A DNA stretch of 64,000 nt from Terriglobia bacterium (GTDB lineage Bacteria; Acidobacteriota; Terriglobia; 20CM-2-55-15). Location: positions 704,001-768,000 of the forward strand of contig CAXWPJ010000009.1 in assembly GCA_963664115.2 (NCBI GenBank). The letters are read 5' to 3'. Of the stretch, positions 9,820 to 18,508 are shown one piece after another (position 1 is the first letter of the stretch; every line of letters starts with the position of its first letter). Position numbers and translations under genes: made by a program. The notes under the pieces were generated by a model. That model did no database searches. It was not told the origin of the DNA and saw nothing but the letters and a program-made list of their open reading frames with translations.

Positions 9820-10391
9820 AGAACCTCCGGGAACAAGCAATCCTCTTCGATTTGCCAGCGCTTCAGCATAACGAAAACTGCACAATACGGTTCTTCAAGG
9901 GATGCTCGACTCTTTCTTCCCATACCCAAGACCAACTGGTTTGCCCAATCAATAGACTTTGGCGGAAGAGAACCGCGCTTAAGACGGAGCGATCGCTTTA
10001 TTGATGATAGTGTGCGCCCCTGTCGAACTCCTTCGCGAGTTCGCCTGACAATCTCGACTTGCGATAGTTTGCTTTGCCAAATCTCGATAACTCCCAGACT
10101 CAAGTTGTATCCAATATGAAGCACCGCGTGGCATGCGACGCAAACGGGCACGAGATTCTTTGGTGAATTACTTCGACTACTCCTCACGTGATGAAGGTTC
10201 ATCCACTTGCGCGCTCTGTGCCCACAAAAAACGCATGTCCAATTGTCCCTCTCCAAGACCGTTTTTCGAAGGCGCCTCCACACTGTCTGTTTCGGCCGTT
10301 TGGGAAACCAATACGCCGGATTGATTACGCCCGGGCGAAGAACCCATTTGCTTTGTGCCTTCGTTGAGGTTTTGCGCCTGACGGTCATCAC
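9741..10391 (-). CDS. HNH endonuclease family protein, first cassette (reads into its attC)
   Basis: WRRLRKTVLERDNWTCVFCG...LHHV...NLVPVCVACHAVLH; the C-terminal PNKALQPT is translated attC. Confidence 0.8.
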   Translation of the reverse strand: MMTVRRKTSTKAQSKWVLRPGVINPAYWFPKRPKQTVWRRLRKTVLERDNWTCVFCGHRARKWMNLHHVRSSRSNSPKNLVPVCVACHAVLHIGYNLSLGVIEIWQSKLSQVEIVRRTREGVRQGRTLSSIKRSLRLKRGSLPPKSIDWANQLVLGMGRKSRASLEEPYCAVFVMLKRWQIEEDCLFPEVLPNKALQPTPPSAVPSARKRRSPRRG

Positions 10392-10399
10392 CCGTTTCT

Positions 10400-10589
10400 G
10401 CCGAACACATAAATGAGCAGACGGGGCGAAAGCGAGTTAATGCATCTCCCATCCGCATAAGTCTATACGAGTTATCTCATTCATTCTGCAAAGTGTCTGA
10501 GTACGAAGATGTTACACGACGTTCGAATCTTGCAGTACGGAATTATCCGGAGGATGGGGACCCACGGGCGGGCGAAGCGGGATAAGGGT
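10400..10589 (-). mobile_element. attI region of integron 1 (core GCTCATT-TATGT-GTTCGGC at 10400-10418)
   Basis: Lies between the intI stop and the first cassette; colinear homology to 35858-36045 ends exactly at the GTT crossover. Confidence 0.8.
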
Positions 10590-11612
10590 TTATTCGGAAG
10601 GGAGGTCCAGGGAATCGAACGGACTCCGGACTCCGTGGGGCCCCCTGTTGAGGACGTGTGTATAGATCATGGTGGTTCGAACGTCCTCGTGGCCGAGGAG
10701 TTTCTGTACGGTTCGGATGTCATGTCCGCTTTCGAGCAGATGTGTGGCAAACGAATGACGAAGGCTGTGTGCGGTGGCAGGTTTGGCGATGCCCGCCTGC
10801 CCGGCGGCGCGTCTCATCTCCTTCTGCACCGAGGATTCATGAATATGGTGGCGTCTTTCCGTCTCCGAGTCCGGGTCGAAGTGACGGCGTGGGGCGGGAA
10901 AGACCCATTGCCAGCTCCACGCGGACTCGGCGTTCGGGTATTTGACTGCCAACGCATTCGGGAGCCGGACGCGTCCGAAGCCGCGAAGCAAATCGTCCAT
11001 GTGGACTGTTCGCGCAGCCCCCAACTGATTCGTCAATTCGACTCTGAGCCGGGAAGGGAGAACCGTCACGCGGTCTTTCCGGCCCTTGCCGCTCCGGACA
11101 AGGATCGATCGGCGCCCGAAGTCGATATCCTTGACGCGCAGCTGCAGCGCTTCAGTCAACCGAAGGCCTGTGCCGTAGAGAACACGACCCAGCAGTGCGG
11201 GAACGCCCCGCATCGCTGCCAATACCCTGGCGACCTCTTCAGTGGTGAGTACGACCGGCAACCGCCTGGGACGGCGTGCTCGAACCGGAGCTTCGATCCA
11301 GTGCGTCGGTCGTCCCAGTACTTCCCGGTACAGATAAAGAATCGCTGCGAGCGCCTGGTTCTGGGTGGATGCGCTCACGTTGCGTTGGACAGCCAGGTAA
11401 GTCAGAAAAACCTCGATATGCGATTCGTCAAGATCCTTGGGATGCTGCAGACCGTGAAAAGAGATATATCGGCGAACCCAGGACGCATACGTCTTCAGTG
11501 TGCGGGGACTGTAGTGGCGGATTCGGAGCGAATCCTTCAAGAGGTCCATTAACTTTCCCCCGGCATTGCCCGGATTTCGGCCCGTCTTCGGTCGGTTTCG
11601 ATTCCCAGTCAT
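10590..11612 (-). CDS. intI: Integron integrase
   Basis: RHYSPRT..Y, SASTQNQALAA, GLRLTE, GKGRKDR, IntI-specific insert LPNALAVKYPNA...WQWVFPA, HSLRHSFATH, LGH..VRTTMIY; start codon inferred. Confidence 0.96.
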   Translation of the reverse strand: MTGNRNRPKTGRNPGNAGGKLMDLLKDSLRIRHYSPRTLKTYASWVRRYISFHGLQHPKDLDESHIEVFLTYLAVQRNVSASTQNQALAAILYLYREVLGRPTHWIEAPVRARRPRRLPVVLTTEEVARVLAAMRGVPALLGRVLYGTGLRLTEALQLRVKDIDFGRRSILVRSGKGRKDRVTVLPSRLRVELTNQLGAARTVHMDDLLRGFGRVRLPNALAVKYPNAESAWSWQWVFPAPRRHFDPDSETERRHHIHESSVQKEMRRAAGQAGIAKPATAHSLRHSFATHLLESGHDIRTVQKLLGHEDVRTTMIYTHVLNRGPHGVRSPFDSLDLPSE

Positions 11613-11805
11613 GGCGCATAGAGAGCACGAGCAGCTCGGACTCCAACTGACACGGGGGAATTGGGGCCCGAGGAAGGCCAGTTCAGGGGGGATCACGGAC
11701 GGTCTCCCCGGCATGACAACACTGCAATGGCCGTTAGGTCCCGGTTGTGGAAGTCGCACAAGGTGGCGACTTCGCGATAATCCGGCGGGAAAACTCGCCC
11801 GCGCG

Positions 11806-12330
11806 TCAGTCGTGTGTGGGTGAATCGGGCTCGGGAAGGGAAGCGAGCAACTGTTCCCCGATCTGCCGCGCCCTCACCGCGCCGCTTTCCGTCAGTTGGT
11901 ACCGGCGCCCGCGATACTTTCCAACAACAAGGATGGATTTCCTCCGCGCATGATTGTTGAGGAGGTAATCGGCGCGGGATACGCGGTGCCCGGACGCGCG
12001 CAGTCCCTGGATGAGCTCGGTTCCGCTGACCAGAGTATTGTTTCGAATCTGTTTTTGGCCCAGCAGCAACACGAGCACAGCTTCCGAAGCCGACCTGGAT
12101 TGGACATTGAGCCACACGACCTTGCCGCTGACACGCATGATCTTGTCCAGGGGAGGTGTCTCTTCTTTCCCCTCCCGGGCTCGGGCAGCGGCGCCCGCAG
12201 CGAGCGTTTCCGCGTTCCCGCCCACGGTCAGCGTCATGAACGCATTGGCCTGCCGCTCGACGATCTCTACGGGACCTTCGGCTTCGAAACGTCTATCACC
12301 GATTTCGATCTTGATCCTCAGGTTTTCCAT
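11806..12330 (-). CDS. Hypothetical protein with probable C-terminal winged helix
   Basis: N-terminal KIEIGDRRFEAEG, C-terminal YQLTESG wing-like motif. Confidence 0.55.
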   Translation of the reverse strand: MENLRIKIEIGDRRFEAEGPVEIVERQANAFMTLTVGGNAETLAAGAAARAREGKEETPPLDKIMRVSGKVVWLNVQSRSASEAVLVLLLGQKQIRNNTLVSGTELIQGLRASGHRVSRADYLLNNHARRKSILVVGKYRGRRYQLTESGAVRARQIGEQLLASLPEPDSPTHD

Positions 12331-12829
12331 AAGAAGTCTATCTGCAACATGATCTCTTCAAGAAGTGCATGTACACGCTGAAATATGCATAGTGCTATTT
12401 ATCTAGACATACACCACTATGAATTAATCTTGTTGACTTGTATTGACACTTTTTCGATCAATATAGTCGTATGTCAGTGCTTTTAACACATATCGCACAT
12501 GAGAATGGCGTTACACAGGTGACGAGCTGTATTAAACGACAACCAATCCATTATTAATTGTATTTAAGATGTTCAAATAAAAATATATGAACTTTAAACT
12601 ATTCAGTGTTGTGTGGCGCTTTATGGAGATGTATAGCTGTTTCGGAAAGCGCGAGTCTAGTCATTGATCTCGAATTTCCGCATTTCGGACTGCAAAACAC
12701 CGCCTTCACTGCCAATGAGAATCAGACGTCCTTCATAAGAGGGCTGCGCTCGTTGTCCACTCGGGGATGTCGTCGGCTATGCCGCTCCACGCGTGTCCGT
12801 CATGACCGAGGAGGCGCCCAGTTGATTGC

Positions 12830-12975
12830 GCGATCACGTTTGTGCAGCGGTTTGGAGGCAGTCTCAATTGTCACCTCCATCCACTTCCACATGCTGGCGC
12901 TCGACGGCGTCTATGCGGCTGCTGAGAACGGGCATCCCCGATTCCACGCGCTGCCTGCCCCGGACGATGCCCATG
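12830..12975 (+). pseudogene. IS91/ISCR-family (HUH Y2) transposase remnant
   Basis: Frameshifted AITFVQRFGGSLN...HFHMLALDGVY, matching the family motif QRFGSALNLNxHFHxLxLDGVY. Confidence 0.85.
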
Positions 12976-13026
12976 TCGTCGAAGGTGCCCGCCGCAAACA
13001 GTCACAACTCCGGTTCGGGGCAACGG

Positions 13027-13083
13027 GCACTCCTGCGTACTGCCATCTATGCTTGACCCACTCCGTTTGAACAGCTTATTCTC
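13027..13083 (+). mobile_element. IS91/ISCR oriIS-like end, copy B (intact)
   Basis: Downstream of the transposase remnant; ends CCGTTTGAACAGCTTATTCTC, resembling the ISCR oriIS GCGTTTGAAyTTCCTATAC as I recall it. Confidence 0.65.
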
Positions 13084-13090
13084 ACGACTG

Positions 13091-14143
13091 ATGAGGAAAT
13101 TTCTACGTTCCGCAACATTGGGTATCGTTATGTTGGCGGCGCCACTCATCGCCTTTGCTCAGGAAGACCTGCCGCGGGTCGTGGTCCTCGCTACGGGAGG
13201 TACGATCGCCAGCACCTACGACGACGCGATCGGTGCGCTGCGTGTCGCCTTGACCGGCGACGAGATCGTGAGCGCGGTCCCGGGCCTGGACGAAATCGCT
13301 CGGATTACGGTTGAAGAAGTTGCGAACGTTAACAGTCGGAACATGACCCCCGCCATCTGGCTCAGCCTCTCCAAAAGGGCGAACGAACTGCTCGCACTGC
13401 CGGATGTTACAGGCCTCGTCGTAACGCACGGCACGGACACGCTCGAAGAGACGGCGTATTTTCTGGATCTCACCGTGACCAGCGACAAGCCGGTCGTCCT
13501 CGTTGGTGCGCAGCGAGCCCCGACAAACTACGACTCCGACGGCCCCCGAAACATGCTCAACGCGGTGCGCGTCGCTGCATCTGCCGAAGCGGTCGGCATG
13601 GGCACGATGGTCGTCATGAACGGGCAGATTAACGCGGCACGAGAGGTCACCAAGACCAACACACTCGACGTTGAGACCTTCCAAACTCTCGACTTTGGTC
13701 TCCTGGGCGTCGCGGATATCGAAGAGGTCCGCTTCTACAGGGCACCGTTTCGTCGCCAAACCATCGCGCTCGACGCAGAAGTTGAATTGGGGAACGTCGT
13801 GATCATCAGTGAGTATGCAGGATCCGATGGTCGGTCCATCGAGCTGCTTCTTGAGGACGGAAACCTCGACGGAGTTGTGATCGCGGGCCTCGGCCTCGCC
13901 CACGTGAGCGATCCGACACTGGAAGCTCTGCGCGCGGTACGCGCACGCGGGATCCCCGTCGTGGTCAGTTCGCGAGTACTGACCGGACGGATCGTCCCGC
14001 TCTACGCAATCAACATCGAGTTGTTGAACATCGGCGCCATTCAGGCGGACAACTTGAGTCCCCAAAAAGCCCGCGTACTTCTCATGGTGGCCATGACGAA
14101 AACCACCGATACCGAGGAACTCCAACGCTACTTCAACCGCTGA
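13091..14143 (+). CDS. L-asparaginase (type II, secreted)
   Basis: Signal peptide, ATGGTIAS and VTHGTDTLEETAYFL motifs. Confidence 0.92.
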   Translation: MRKFLRSATLGIVMLAAPLIAFAQEDLPRVVVLATGGTIASTYDDAIGALRVALTGDEIVSAVPGLDEIARITVEEVANVNSRNMTPAIWLSLSKRANELLALPDVTGLVVTHGTDTLEETAYFLDLTVTSDKPVVLVGAQRAPTNYDSDGPRNMLNAVRVAASAEAVGMGTMVVMNGQINAAREVTKTNTLDVETFQTLDFGLLGVADIEEVRFYRAPFRRQTIALDAEVELGNVVIISEYAGSDGRSIELLLEDGNLDGVVIAGLGLAHVSDPTLEALRAVRARGIPVVVSSRVLTGRIVPLYAINIELLNIGAIQADNLSPQKARVLLMVAMTKTTDTEELQRYFNR

Positions 14144-14269
14144 AGGTAACAGCCTGTGTTAGAACCCTGAAAGGCCCTGTCAACCTGGGAGCGCTGACTC
14201 GCGTTGTTTGAAAGAGCAGTTCCATCGTGCCAGGTGAAAATGTGGGCTGAGTCTCGACAGCCAATGTGG

Positions 14270-15856
14270 CTATCGCACGAAAACGTAGGCTGCGCCGGCG
14301 TCCGGAGCCGAGTTGTCGGTCTCGTTACCGTTGAACTCCCCGGCGGAACTGTCTTCGAAGCGCGCGCCCACGGCCAGGACTGTGCCGTCCTGGTTGAGAG
14401 CGACAGAGCTTCCGAACTCGTCGTATTGCTCCGTGTTCGAACCCTTGACATAGACCTGATGGGTCCAAGCACCGCCGCTCCGCGTATAGACGTAAACCGC
14501 GCCGGATTCCTGGGCCGAGTCGTCGCCCTGATCCCCGGCGAAACCAGTAGCCGCGCTGTCTTCGTTAGGCGCACCGACAACAAGCGTGTTGCCATCGCCA
14601 CTCAGCGCCAGGCGGACACCGAACCAGTCTTCATGTCCTGCGTTCGAGGCTTTGACAAACGCCTGTTGCGACCAACTGCTACCCGCACGTGTAAACACGT
14701 ATGCGGCCCCGGCGGAGGTATTCGTTATTTCATCGGCCCCGCCCTGATCGCCCGGATTGACGCCGGTGAGAAAACTATCTTCGTCGGCGGACCCTGCCGC
14801 CACCGTGTTTCCATCATCGCTGATGGCGACCCAGGCTCCCATCGAATCTCCGGGCTCGCTGTTTGAGGCCTGCAGGCGGTCCTGCTCGGACCACCGATCG
14901 CCACTGCGCGTGAAGATATCGACAGCCCCTCTCCTTCCGTCTCCGTCGTACACCCCCACGGCCAAGGTACCGGCGTTGCCGTCGAGTGCGACGGAGTAGC
15001 CGAACAGAACGTTGGCAGTTGTGTTGGAGCTCTTGATATAAGCTTGCTGGGACCACGTCCCGTCGTCTCGCCGGACGAATACATAAACGGCGCCGGCAGC
15101 GATCGCCGAGTTGTCCAACTGGTTGCTATCGATTCCGCTCGCCCCACTGTCTTCACTGGGAGCTCCCACAGCGAGCGTGCCACCGTCGTCGCTCAGCGCG
15201 ATCGTGTAACCGAACGTGTCTCCGTCCCCGGGTTCACCTGTGTTCGAAGCCTTGATATAGGCGGCCTGCGACCAGGTGGTCCCTGTGCGCGTAAAGACGT
15301 ACACGGCGCCCGACTGGTTGAGGGAGTCGTCGTCCTCCTCGCCATTGACACCAGTAGCGCTGCTGTCCTCGAAGACGGCGGACACAGCCAGCGTGTTGCC
15401 GGCCGCGCTCAGGGCGAGCGCGGATCCGAACTGGTCGTTCGGTCCGGTATTGGAGGCTTTGATGAAGGACTGCTGGGACCAGCTCGCGCTCGCGCCCGTG
15501 TAAACGTACACGGCGCCCGAGCTGTAAGCGGAGTCATCGGCCGGGCTGGGATCGTCGTCATAGACGCCGGTGGCCGAACCCCCGTTCATCGGAGCACCAA
15601 CCGCGAGTGTCGTGCCGTCGCCGCTGAGAGCGATCGCGGATCCGAACTGGTCTCCCGCAATCGGGCTCGACGCATTGATGTGACCCACCTGACTCCATGC
15701 CGGTGGAGAGTTCTCAGTCGAAGACGCGCCCGTTTCGGTTCCCCCGTCCTCGGCGCAGGCCGCGACCAGGAGCATTCCGGCGGCGGCCAGAACGAGTCTG
15801 CCATGGATCGCCCCTCGGACCGCAGCTCTCGCGTCGAGGCCTATTGATCCGCGCAT
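14270..15856 (-). CDS. FG-GAP/integrin-like repeat lipoprotein
   Basis: Lipobox LVAAC; repeated FGxxxALSxDGxTLAVGA...GAVYVF blades. Confidence 0.85.
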   Translation of the reverse strand: MRGSIGLDARAAVRGAIHGRLVLAAAGMLLVAACAEDGGTETGASSTENSPPAWSQVGHINASSPIAGDQFGSAIALSGDGTTLAVGAPMNGGSATGVYDDDPSPADDSAYSSGAVYVYTGASASWSQQSFIKASNTGPNDQFGSALALSAAGNTLAVSAVFEDSSATGVNGEEDDDSLNQSGAVYVFTRTGTTWSQAAYIKASNTGEPGDGDTFGYTIALSDDGGTLAVGAPSEDSGASGIDSNQLDNSAIAAGAVYVFVRRDDGTWSQQAYIKSSNTTANVLFGYSVALDGNAGTLAVGVYDGDGRRGAVDIFTRSGDRWSEQDRLQASNSEPGDSMGAWVAISDDGNTVAAGSADEDSFLTGVNPGDQGGADEITNTSAGAAYVFTRAGSSWSQQAFVKASNAGHEDWFGVRLALSGDGNTLVVGAPNEDSAATGFAGDQGDDSAQESGAVYVYTRSGGAWTHQVYVKGSNTEQYDEFGSSVALNQDGTVLAVGARFEDSSAGEFNGNETDNSAPDAGAAYVFVR

Positions 15857-16272
15857 GGGCCCGGTTCGCGGGGTTGGTTCGGTTCGTTGCCGCGGAAAAT
15901 TTCCTTGCCGTTCGCGTCGATTACCCGGGCTTCTTCAGAGAGGCTCATGTACGGTTGGCCGTTCTTGCGACTTCGGCCGACCATGGTGACTCGATCTCCC
16001 GCCTTGATGACATCCTCGTTCCAGCACCAGTCTCTCAAGTTGCTCGGACGACCCAGCTCTCCCGTCCACCGGACGGTGCGGCCGTTGGGTTCGGTGGTCT
16101 CGAGTTGGAGGAATGAATGGGGATTGAGGAGCTGAATCTCCAGAACCATTCCCGATACCGAAGTCAGGGTATCCTCATAGCGGCCGGCATCTCCATGATG
16201 TGCGACGGCGGGCCCCGACATCAGGACAAGACTAAGGACCATTATTAACCCACGTGCCAAAGCGCTCTGCAT
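15841..16272 (-). CDS. DUF6152-like exported protein
   Basis: Signal peptide followed by AHHG...V.G.V...NPH...W pattern. Confidence 0.7.
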   Translation of the reverse strand: MQSALARGLIMVLSLVLMSGPAVAHHGDAGRYEDTLTSVSGMVLEIQLLNPHSFLQLETTEPNGRTVRWTGELGRPSNLRDWCWNEDVIKAGDRVTMVGRSRKNGQPYMSLSEEARVIDANGKEIFRGNEPNQPREPGPCADQ

Positions 16273-16412
16273 GATCCAAAAACCTCCTGATCTGAACAGC
16301 TTATATAATAGACATCAATAGAGAGGTCAAAATTTTCTGGAATATCGGCCGCGTCGCTTCCTACGCTTTCGCCAAGCCGATGAGACCGAGCCTACTGAAG
16401 ATCGGTGAACCC

Positions 16413-16534
16413 CCAACGGCTTGGGTCATCTTGGCTAAACCGAAATCCAACACCTTCACGGTGCCGTCAGACCGTACCTTCACGCTAGCCGGTTTGAGCT
16501 CCCTACGGATGATCCCTTGATCGTGCGCTGCCTC
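16413..16534 (-). pseudogene. Ser/Thr protein kinase fragment
   Basis: [35 protein letters not shown] = degenerate HRDLKPAN...DFGLAK; no start codon or flanking domains. Confidence 0.8.
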
Positions 16535-16553
16535 CCGACGCTAGGCGCGGTGC

Positions 16554-17777
16554 TCAGTCGAGAGTCCACAGGGTCAGGTTGCTGACGTCCTTCACGTAGA
16601 AAGCGCTTCCTGAAATCGCAGGCTGCGCCCACGTTGCACTGGAGGCGACCTCGTAACGACGAATGGGCTCGAGCCCGGTCCGGCTGGCGTTCAGGACCAG
16701 CATTTCCGCATCATCCTGGAGCGAGAATATCGTGTTGCCGGCTCGGACAATCGCCGCGTTCTCAGCTTGACGCGGGTCGCTCAGCCATAACACTTGTCCC
16801 GAATCGAGGTCCAGGCCGAAGTATTGACCGCTGTTCAAGTGCGAGAGCCCGTAAAGCACGCCGTTGATTTCGACTCCGTTGGTCATATGCAGAGAGACTT
16901 CGTCGGTATGCCAGACATCTTCGGTCGTCCACCCGTCGGCCCCCGAAACGACGCGAAACGCCGTAATGCCGTTTTCGCGGCCAGCCTGGATCACCATGTC
17001 ACCGTAAAGAATAGGTGTCTGGGCGGTTGTGTCGGAGGGCGTCACGAACGGACGGCTCCAGAGCAGTTCACCGCTCGCCACCGCAACACCAACAAGATTC
17101 CGGTTCGTAAACGTCACAACCTGCCGAATTCCTTCCAGTTCGACAACGATCGGTGAACCATAGGCTGGGCTGTCTCCCTCCCATTGCCAACGGGGTTCAC
17201 CTGTAGCGACATCGAACGCCGTAAGTGCCCCGTCACCCGGGCCGCCCACGTGGACGATCATCACATCACCATCGACAACCGGCGACATGCCCGTGTGGTA
17301 TAGAGGTTGCGCCGCCGGTGCTGGGTTCTGCCAGAGCTGCGCGCCGTTCTCCGCATCGAAGGCAGTTACAATGCCGCTCATACCCAAAGTAAAAATACTG
17401 CCGTCGGCGTAGGTGGGTGTGGACTTGGGACCGGGGCCGTGGCGAGCTGTGGAGGAGGACATAACGAACGGGGCCGGATAACTCGTCCGCCAGATCGCTT
17501 CGCCCGTCTCTCGATCCAGCATTTGTAAGACTTCGTCCTCGTTCTGGCGTGTGTAAATGTAGACACGATCGCCCACAACGAGAGGTGTGGCGTAACCGGT
17601 TCCGACCTCCACCTGCCACTGCAGGTTTAACTGATCCGGCCAAGACGCGGGCGTGCTGAACTGAGCGATCGCACCGTCCCGGTTCGGTCCCCTCCACTGC
17701 GGCCAGTCCTGGCCATAGGCCATCGATGTGAGCCCAAAGCCGATGGTGAGGACGGAAAGTAGCCTCAGTTTTCCCAT
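16554..17777 (-). CDS. PQQ-binding-like beta-propeller protein
   Basis: Signal peptide, DWPQWRGPNRDG, PQQ-type blades; start MGKLRLL inferred. Confidence 0.85.
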   Translation of the reverse strand: MGKLRLLSVLTIGFGLTSMAYGQDWPQWRGPNRDGAIAQFSTPASWPDQLNLQWQVEVGTGYATPLVVGDRVYIYTRQNEDEVLQMLDRETGEAIWRTSYPAPFVMSSSTARHGPGPKSTPTYADGSIFTLGMSGIVTAFDAENGAQLWQNPAPAAQPLYHTGMSPVVDGDVMIVHVGGPGDGALTAFDVATGEPRWQWEGDSPAYGSPIVVELEGIRQVVTFTNRNLVGVAVASGELLWSRPFVTPSDTTAQTPILYGDMVIQAGRENGITAFRVVSGADGWTTEDVWHTDEVSLHMTNGVEINGVLYGLSHLNSGQYFGLDLDSGQVLWLSDPRQAENAAIVRAGNTIFSLQDDAEMLVLNASRTGLEPIRRYEVASSATWAQPAISGSAFYVKDVSNLTLWTLD

Positions 17778-17800
17778 AAAAACACCTCGTATGTGATTGG

Positions 17801-18250
17801 TCATGCCGCAGGACGAAAATACAAGACCATCGCGGCCCCGATCGCTGCCAACAGAAAACCCACGTACAACATCGGGTTGATCGGAGTCCGGGGTGGATGG
17901 ATCGCCATGGAGTACAAAACGTTCACGATCGGCGCACCCCCGAAAACGAGCGGCATGACGTATATGGGCAGCCCCCCGGTGCGAAACGCCCAGATAATAC
18001 AAACTGCCCCGATGGCGCCGAGGGCTCCGCCGGCCGTTGCATTGATCAGACCTGTCCGATCAAACCCGGAAAGTCCCCCCCCCACACTGAGGCCCGCCAC
18101 AGGAACCAACACGCCGATCAGAAAATAAGCCGCGCCCACACACAGCAACGCCTTGAGCGGATCGCCCAACTGCGTCTGTCCCTGGTGGAGTAAAACGCCG
18201 TAAACGCCCCAAGCCAGCACAGCCCCGACCACAAAAACGAGCCAACCCAT
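17801..18250 (-). CDS. Small multi-pass membrane protein (EamA/DMT-like)
   Basis: About 5 hydrophobic segments, WGVYG and VMPLVFGGAPIVN; start uncertain (18250-18286). Confidence 0.65.
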   Translation of the reverse strand: MGWLVFVVGAVLAWGVYGVLLHQGQTQLGDPLKALLCVGAAYFLIGVLVPVAGLSVGGGLSGFDRTGLINATAGGALGAIGAVCIIWAFRTGGLPIYVMPLVFGGAPIVNVLYSMAIHPPRTPINPMLYVGFLLAAIGAAMVLYFRPAA

Positions 18251-18508
18251 ACGCCTCAGCCTCCCCGTCATGTTTTCCACAACCACAAGTCCCTCTCCAC
18301 CGTCTGAACGAACAAAGCAAGCCCAACAATTGAAAAGGGTACCCTCTCAATCGCTGTCAAGTCCACCAGTTCCGGTGGATTGCGCGATTCCGGTTCGACG
18401 TCTTCCTTGCAACCGGTGCCCCGTTCATCTTAGAGTACGATCTTAGAATACGAACGCACTCCAGTTACCATTATGTTTCTTCCTTAGACAGCGGGGTATA
18501 GTCTGCTG

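Noticed and set aside
10509-11552. 347-aa plus-strand ORF
   Set aside because: Antisense shadow of intI, which carries all catalytic motifs; the shadow has no recognisable motif.
12606-13070. 154-aa ORF as an intact gene
   Set aside because: Chimeric reading across a frameshifted IS91 transposase fragment.
13103-15847. Long antisense ORFs (13103-14125, 14204-14866, 15044-15847)
   Set aside because: Shadows of the asparaginase and FG-GAP genes, as expected in GC-rich DNA.
18427-18452. 13-bp tandem ATCTTAGARTACG upstream of the TAXI gene as an operator
   Set aside because: Two copies only, with no regulator nearby and no second site.
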